A DNA stretch of 64,000 nt from NCBI GenBank assembly GCA_944392125.1, contig CALXVP010000001.1, positions 132,325 to 196,324 on the forward strand, written 5' to 3'. The stretch's first letter is position 1, and each line of letters begins with the position of its first letter. Positions 58,405-64,000 of this stretch are shown one piece after another. The stretch comes from an uncultured Alphaproteobacteria bacterium. GTDB lineage: Bacteria > Pseudomonadota > Alphaproteobacteria > CAAHEQ01 > UBA3637. The notes under the pieces were generated by a model that was not told where the DNA came from, ran no database searches, and worked only from the letters and a program-made list of their open reading frames with translations. The translations under genes and the position numbers were made by a program.

Positions 58405-59036
58405 ACTTCACTCTTATTTCTTCACTCGGTTCAAAAATAAATAATGCGCAAAAGAAATGCGGATAGCCGTCTTCCGTTTGTATCGGAAAAGAAATATCAA
58501 AGATAAAGTTATGACCCCCTATACCACAAGGCTCATTTAAATCATATAAATAAAATATAAACGAAAATCCGCCACTTTGTTTGCGTTTTCAAAAGCAAAC
58601 ACCTCTTTTGATGATTTATCTTTTCTTATTGTAACAACCATCAAGATTAGCCTTTTACGCCGATTATATCTATCCTTATACCACAAAATAAAAAAAATGC
58701 GACAAGAAAAATACGTCAAAATGCGTCAATGTGCGACAGCTTACTTTTTTGACAAATAATATTCTAAAAAAATATATGAATTTCAATAAATTATAAAAAA
58801 TAAAATCATCTGGCAAAATCTCTAAAAAAATGATTTAAACCGCGAAAAAACATCTAATCCGAGATTTCAGAAACAAAAAACGGCGGGAAAATGCCTTAAT
58901 GCTTTCCTTCGGCATTCAATCCCGCTCTGTTTTTTTTAGCCAACAACACAGGTTATTTGATTCTTTTTACCGCCTTTCGCCGAATCGCTTTACGAATCGA
59001 ATATCCGCGATAAACAAACACTCTGTCCATTCAACC

Positions 59037-59279
59037 TTATTCTGCTTTTTTAAACAAATTACAGTGGCAATGTCCCATCTCTGCAATTTCTTTTTCATGC
59101 TCACCGCAAGGGCAATATCCGCGGGAAACATCGCAAGGGCAACGTCCTGCACACGCATTCAAACACCGGTTGATAATTTTATCCGCAAACGGCGTCAACT
59201 GGTATCCCTTTGCCCGTGCATAAAGTTCTAAAACGTGTTTAAAGTGGTTATTATTATTCAAAACTTCTTCATTATCCAT
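59037..59279 (-). CDS. ferredoxin-thioredoxin-reductase catalytic-subunit-like small Fe-S protein
   Basis: CPC...CPC...CHCNLF motif arrangement characteristic of the FTR catalytic chain. Confidence 0.45.
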   Translation of the reverse strand: MDNEEVLNNNNHFKHVLELYARAKGYQLTPFADKIINRCLNACAGRCPCDVSRGYCPCGEHEKEIAEMGHCHCNLFKKAE

Positions 59280-59299
59280 TTTTAACTCCTATTCTAAAA

Positions 59300-59818
59300 T
59301 TAAACCATAACAAAATGAAAGCCTAACAAAATCAATCCGGCATAAATACCGGCCATTATATCGTCCGTCATCACACCGAATGCACTATGAACTCTTTTAT
59401 CAAAATATGATGCCGGCCATACTTTTACAATATCAAAGAACCGAAATAACATAAATCCGATGATATAATAATACCAAGGCATCACAAAACAAGAAACAAA
59501 TAAAAAAGTAATGCTCTGCCCCGCAAATTCATCAATCACAACAAATCCGGGATCTTGATTTTTTTGTATTTTTAAAATGCGGTATGTTGCATACCATCCG
59601 CTCAAATAAAAGAAGATTGATAATACCACAATCCCCCAGACACCAAATTGTGCACCACCCCATATCGGTAACAAGGCACAAAAAGAACCAACCGTACCCG
59701 GCGCTTTCGGGGATAAACCGGAACCCAGCCCTGTCGCAATCAGAAAGGCTATTTTATCCTTAACTGTGGCCTTATCCAGAAAAACGAATCTTTTTAACAT
59801 TTTTATACTCTTTTTCAA
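59300..59818 (-). CDS. pgpA: phosphatidylglycerophosphatase A
   Basis: ATGLGSGLSPKAPGTVGSFCAL matches the PgpA signature. Membrane protein, 172 aa. Confidence 0.75.
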   Translation of the reverse strand: MKKSIKMLKRFVFLDKATVKDKIAFLIATGLGSGLSPKAPGTVGSFCALLPIWGGAQFGVWGIVVLSIFFYLSGWYATYRILKIQKNQDPGFVVIDEFAGQSITFLFVSCFVMPWYYYIIGFMLFRFFDIVKVWPASYFDKRVHSAFGVMTDDIMAGIYAGLILLGFHFVMV

Positions 59819-59864
59819 TTAACGTTTCATACCCTGTATTGCATTATCGCTTCTTCTGTTTGAC

Positions 59865-61259
59865 TTATTTTTTATCATCCGGAGCAACGTCGGTCGGATT
59901 TGTTACGCGTGCCGACGGCATTGGTGCACGCACCTTTTTAGGCATTTCCGTGGCCGTTTTTTGTGAATCAGCGTCTGATTTTTCCTGCGACTTAGCCCCG
60001 GATACTTGCTTTTCTGTTTCGCTTGATTGTTCGGATGATATTTGAGATTCGGGCGAATCTTCCTCCGATATTTCCTCCTCATCGTCTACAAAATAAATAT
60101 CGTCTATTTTCTCATCATCTTCTTCATCTTGGACAAGATCATCACCTCCGGCAACATCATCTGATTCATCAGAATTATCCAACCTTTCCTCAAAATCATC
60201 AACTTCTTGCGACGATTCTTCTGCCGTATTTTCTTCCGAATCACTACCTTCTTCGGGCTTTTCTGCCGTATTATCCGCTATCTGTTTAGACTTTAAAGGC
60301 ACTTTTTCAACGGGATGTGGCGCCGGATCAGTTTCACCCGCTTTTAAATCAAAATATGCACTTAAAAACGAGGGCAAATCAAGCAAATCCGATTTCGGTT
60401 CGGCATTATTAAAACCAATTAAGAAGATACCCTTTGATTTAAAATATTCAACAGCTTGTTTCGCATTTAAAATACGACCGTCCGTTACGACAATGGCCGA
60501 CAGGATTTCGGAATTCGGCTCGGATTTAGCCAACGAAGCACTTGCCAGCATTAAATCTTGCGCCAATTTATCCATCACACCACCCTCAGAATACCAGCTT
60601 CCCTGCGTAACATCATCCGTAAATTCAACAGACCAATTCACATTCTTTTTATTAACAATTTCAATCAAAACAGCACGTGCATCCGTTGAAATTGCCATCG
60701 GGACTCTGTGCCCCTCCAATAAAATATGTTGAAAAATTTCCACCTGATATTTCTTCGCCAGCGTTGCAATGGAACGAATCATTTGAACGAGATTTGTATG
60801 ACTCTTTGCTCCCGATACAACTTCTTCCGTTTGATTTGGCAATTTCGGAGCCACATAACGCGTTGGCTGAACGGTTGACGGCATTTTACGTGGCATGTGA
60901 TATATTTGCCTATTTTCACGCAACTCAAATGTTTTCCGAGCAATCGTTTTTTTCCGCGGAGCCGGCTTAAATTTTTTCCAATTTATTTTATATACATACC
61001 ACCAGCCAAGTAACCAAAACGGAATCCACAGCAACATAGCAAAAAACAAGAGTGTGTCAAACAGCGTATTGACCTGCCACTTATAGTTGACAAATGCTTG
61101 ATATTTATTTTGCCATTCCGTGCCGGACAAAAAATTAAAATCGAGTAACCATCCGATTACGGGCACAATCAGACCGAAATATAAAGCACTCCATAAAACA
61201 CCCGTCAATATCGCTTGAACTATACTTATTTTCCCTTTTTTAGCCATGTTTCCCACCAT
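59865..61259 (-). CDS. hypothetical membrane protein with a roughly 110-aa polyacidic (Asp/Glu/Ser-rich) C-terminal tail
   Basis: Three N-terminal TM segments, a central globular domain, and an extreme acidic tail. Confidence 0.3.
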   Translation of the reverse strand: MVGNMAKKGKISIVQAILTGVLWSALYFGLIVPVIGWLLDFNFLSGTEWQNKYQAFVNYKWQVNTLFDTLLFFAMLLWIPFWLLGWWYVYKINWKKFKPAPRKKTIARKTFELRENRQIYHMPRKMPSTVQPTRYVAPKLPNQTEEVVSGAKSHTNLVQMIRSIATLAKKYQVEIFQHILLEGHRVPMAISTDARAVLIEIVNKKNVNWSVEFTDDVTQGSWYSEGGVMDKLAQDLMLASASLAKSEPNSEILSAIVVTDGRILNAKQAVEYFKSKGIFLIGFNNAEPKSDLLDLPSFLSAYFDLKAGETDPAPHPVEKVPLKSKQIADNTAEKPEEGSDSEENTAEESSQEVDDFEERLDNSDESDDVAGGDDLVQDEEDDEKIDDIYFVDDEEEISEEDSPESQISSEQSSETEKQVSGAKSQEKSDADSQKTATEMPKKVRAPMPSARVTNPTDVAPDDKK

Positions 61260-61286
61260 TTCTACATATTGATATGATCACATCTC

Positions 61287-63668
61287 TTACATTCCGCGTT
61301 CAGGGCCTCTCGTTCGACCTTGATTTTGCTGCATCTGTTGTTGTCCGGTTCGACTGCGATTAACACTTCGCATATTCTCATTTGTTTTTTCGGCGCGTTC
61401 CTTTAATTCTCGGGCTCTTCTTTCAAGACGACGCGCTTCTTCTTCCAACTGTTCTTTCGTCGCATTATCCGCTGCCAATACAGTTCCGTCAGGCAATGTA
61501 ATTTTAGGATTCTTCGGCGTTCCTGAAATTTTGACATCTGCTAACGGCTCCAATTTTTTTAAGTCTTCCAACTCTTTTTGCGCCTCAACTTCTGCCTTGC
61601 TACGCACTGCTGACGGAGCAGCAACCGTATCTGACATACCTGCACGTTCCGGTTCCGTATATGCCGGTGTCGGCGCACCCGGTTCACTTCTACCCGTCCG
61701 TTCGGGTGTCGTATATGCCGGTGTCGGCGTTTCTGTCTCGCCTCTATCCATCCGCCCGGGTGTCGTGTGTGCCAGCGTTGGCGCTTCTGTCGCACTTCTG
61801 CCCGTCCGCCCGGGTGCCGTGTGTGCCGGCGTCGGCGTTTCTGTCTCGCCTCTATCCGTCCGTTCAGGTTCACTGCGTGTCGGGGCGACCGTCGGGCTGA
61901 CGACTTTTGGAGTAGCAGCGTTTTCCGCCGCTTGCACTTGTGCTGCTTTTGCCAAAAGCGGATCAGCCACTTTCATCTGAGAAGCCGCTTTAATCTGATC
62001 CAGCACTTCGCTACGTTTAATTTGAACGCCCATCATTTCGCAAGCATAGCTCATCCATTTATCGGAAAGTGCGTAAGCCGACACATAACGCCCATATTTA
62101 TTTTGCTGGCTTTTTGACATTTTGCCCCAATCTAAATCACCATTTTCTTTACGTGGCAGTGATTTAGCAAAATCTCTTTTTTCCAGCATGGCTTTTTCAT
62201 ATTTTGTAAACGGGCCTTTCTCCGGCAAATTGGCATATCTCGGATCATTTAAAATCCAATCTTTTGCTTCATGTGCCAGTCTTGAAACCAAGTCATTTCT
62301 GCCCAGTCCTCTGTTTTTTAAGTTTGAATCTATTGCATTTTCCCGATTATCCTTTAATCTTTTCGCAGATTCTTTTTTATTTTCACGACGTTGTTTTAGC
62401 GCTTCGGCAGCAAACTCAACCGGCATTAACGCTACTGTATACATCACATTTACAATTAAATCACCGATTTCTTTCTCACCACCGAATTTTTTCATCGGAT
62501 CTATAACCGTTTTTTCAAACAACGGTAACCAATCCATCTTCTTCGGATTGGCAAATTGCCAATCTCCCGCAAAACCATATTCCCCCTTCGGCTGTAAGTC
62601 AGCTAAATTTCCCGGGCCGACGGACTTCCCATCACGCGCAGCCATCTGATTATTATTGGCTTGAATATTCTCTTTTTCAAAATCCGAATCACCCGTGAAA
62701 GAATCGTATTTATCGTTATCTTTAAAACCGCGATACATACCCGGTTTTTCCGACAATCTGTCTTTATCTGTTGCATGCTCGCTTTCAGGTGTCATTTCAT
62801 AATCTCGGATAACCGGCGCATCCGAATAAGAAGCAGTTGCCGTTTCACCCTCATTACTTGCCTGATAAGGTTGTTTCTCTGTCTCGGGAGAAAAATTAAT
62901 ATCGTTTATATCTGTCGCCTGCGTGTAATCCGGAACGGTAGAGTCAACATATCCTTCTTGCAGTGCCTCGTGATCTATCGGATGTGTTACCGTAAATTTC
63001 GTATCCGCTTCCTCCCGAGGCAACTTGTCAGACTGCGGAGCGTTATCTGCAAAATCCTTTTCGGCTGTTTCTGCACCGGATGAAACATTTTCTTGTTTAT
63101 TTTCGCTACCTGTTACCCTCTCTTGCCCAGCTTCATTTTGATCAACTTGTGCTTGTTCACCTTCGTTTTGATTAACTTGTTTTGGTTCATTTAAAGTGGC
63201 TTTGTCCGCCGTTGACGTATCGTGTAACTGCTGTTCACGATTTTGATCATGCATCGTTTGCGTTTCTTCTTTGGCTTCCGGATACATTTTAAGCAAAAAA
63301 TCAACACCATTCCTAAGTTGTGCCTCCTGACTTAAAAACTGTGTTTCCTGAGGCGTTAATTTTTCAGACTTTTCTTTTTGTTTTAAGATATTGTATGCAC
63401 GTGTTGCATCTGTTACCTTTCGCACCAGTTGATTCATTTCAAGGGCAGCTTGAAGTTTTTCGAAATCCGTTGAATTTAAATAACCCTGCATATTTTGTGC
63501 CAGCATCTGCGCACGGCCCATATCATTTCCTCTAATTGCCTCCCGCAAATCTTCCGTTTCTTTCTGAGGAATTTGGCCTGCAAACATACTTAACTGTGCA
63601 TCCAAATCATTTCCGGACAATTTCAATAAATGCGCCATCTGTTTTTCGGTTAGCATTTCTTCAGACAT
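61287..63668 (-). CDS. large hypothetical protein with 4 x 18-aa Pro/Thr-rich tandem repeats and flanking coiled-coils
   Basis: ORF of 793 aa. Repeats RTDRGETETPTPAHTAPG / RTGRSATEAPTLAHTTPG ... encoded by 54-nt DNA repeats at about 61660-61900. Confidence 0.3.
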   Translation of the reverse strand: MSEEMLTEKQMAHLLKLSGNDLDAQLSMFAGQIPQKETEDLREAIRGNDMGRAQMLAQNMQGYLNSTDFEKLQAALEMNQLVRKVTDATRAYNILKQKEKSEKLTPQETQFLSQEAQLRNGVDFLLKMYPEAKEETQTMHDQNREQQLHDTSTADKATLNEPKQVNQNEGEQAQVDQNEAGQERVTGSENKQENVSSGAETAEKDFADNAPQSDKLPREEADTKFTVTHPIDHEALQEGYVDSTVPDYTQATDINDINFSPETEKQPYQASNEGETATASYSDAPVIRDYEMTPESEHATDKDRLSEKPGMYRGFKDNDKYDSFTGDSDFEKENIQANNNQMAARDGKSVGPGNLADLQPKGEYGFAGDWQFANPKKMDWLPLFEKTVIDPMKKFGGEKEIGDLIVNVMYTVALMPVEFAAEALKQRRENKKESAKRLKDNRENAIDSNLKNRGLGRNDLVSRLAHEAKDWILNDPRYANLPEKGPFTKYEKAMLEKRDFAKSLPRKENGDLDWGKMSKSQQNKYGRYVSAYALSDKWMSYACEMMGVQIKRSEVLDQIKAASQMKVADPLLAKAAQVQAAENAATPKVVSPTVAPTRSEPERTDRGETETPTPAHTAPGRTGRSATEAPTLAHTTPGRMDRGETETPTPAYTTPERTGRSEPGAPTPAYTEPERAGMSDTVAAPSAVRSKAEVEAQKELEDLKKLEPLADVKISGTPKNPKITLPDGTVLAADNATKEQLEEEARRLERRARELKERAEKTNENMRSVNRSRTGQQQMQQNQGRTRGPERGM
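61660..61900. repeat. 54-nt tandem repeats (4 copies) within the 793-aa ORF
   Basis: Seen directly in both the DNA and the translation. These repeats generate the cluster of spurious antisense ORFs at 61531-62117. Confidence 0.7.
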
Positions 63669-64000
63669 AATACTTCCCTTTCTTTCCGTTCACCCAACGA
63701 ATTACCATACACTTTCGGTGTTCGATTATAACATATTCCACCACATTGTCAAATCTATATTTTCAGACCTTTCAAAAATTTTGCAAGTTTTGCATTTTCT
63801 TCCGTTGCCTCTTTCGGATTAAGCATCACATTTCCAGCCGAATCGGTTGTCTGAATCGGCGAAAAATATGCAGGATTCGTAATCAAGGTTTCATAAGCTT
63901 TTTTGGAATCTTTCCGATACATCACAAAATAAGAAGTCATCAATTTATATCCATCAACATAGAAACCGGCTTCGCGAATTTTATCACCGAATGCACGTGT

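Noticed and set aside
61531-62117. Cluster of plus-strand ORFs (149, 104, 79, 116 aa) rich in Pro/Val/Ser/Arg
   Set aside because: They are antisense or alternate-frame read-through of the 54-nt tandem repeats inside the 793-aa minus-strand gene. The repeat structure creates long open frames on both strands.
41745-64000. Looked for an integrase/recombinase, repressor or replication gene that would make the phage-like cluster a complete prophage
   Set aside because: No tyrosine or serine recombinase motifs were seen. No HTH repressor/Cro pair and no primase or polymerase were seen between GT2 (41193) and the window end. The genes beyond 59 kb look cellular (pgpA, FtrC-like). The element may still extend beyond the window, so this is reported as uncertainty rather than absence.

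Overview
This window looks like a chromosomal segment of a low-GC, probably anaerobic Gram-negative bacterium. Alphaproteobacteria-type markers are present (a PopZ-like DUF2497 protein next to tolC, an IalB-like protein), but taxonomy is only an inference. The housekeeping backbone includes ppdK (5' partial), parC, rlmN, mltG, tolC, fabI, dgkA, ybaK, CoA-transferase A/B, a yacG-rng-maf-dksA block, pip, an ABC-F ATPase, PFOR (nifJ), six terminator/tRNA features (tRNA-Cys, Asn, Met, Phe) and a GT2 glycosyltransferase. Three regions stand out. (1) A complete chromosomal diversity-generating retroelement (DGR) at 18.5-20.9 kb. It has an Avd-like gene, a template repeat (TR), a reverse transcriptase with the DGR-specific IGNLTSQ motif, and a variable repeat (VR) plus IMH at the 3' end of a tiny secreted C-type-lectin-fold gene that runs convergent to the RT. 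TR and VR differ only at TR adenines, plus a single 3-nt AAC indel. (2) Two paralogous giant cysteine-rich proteins carrying a genuine type IV pilin (class III signal peptide) N-terminus (960 aa at 1979-4861, 556 aa at 16830-18500). The second ends in a TAATG overlap with avd. (3) A roughly 16.7 kb, uniformly minus-strand phage-like cluster at 41.7-58.4 kb. It encodes TerS, TerL, a GroES-like protein, portal, scaffold, major capsid, short-tail/virion proteins, an embedded GNAT acetyltransferase, two tail-fibre plus chaperone pairs, holin-like protein, GH24 endolysin and spanins. No integrase, replication or regulatory genes are visible and it is flanked by cellular genes, so it is either a podovirus-like prophage remnant or a GTA-like element. 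The segment beyond it (59-64 kb) holds cellular-type genes (an FtrC-like protein, pgpA) and two large repeat-containing or acidic hypothetical proteins.
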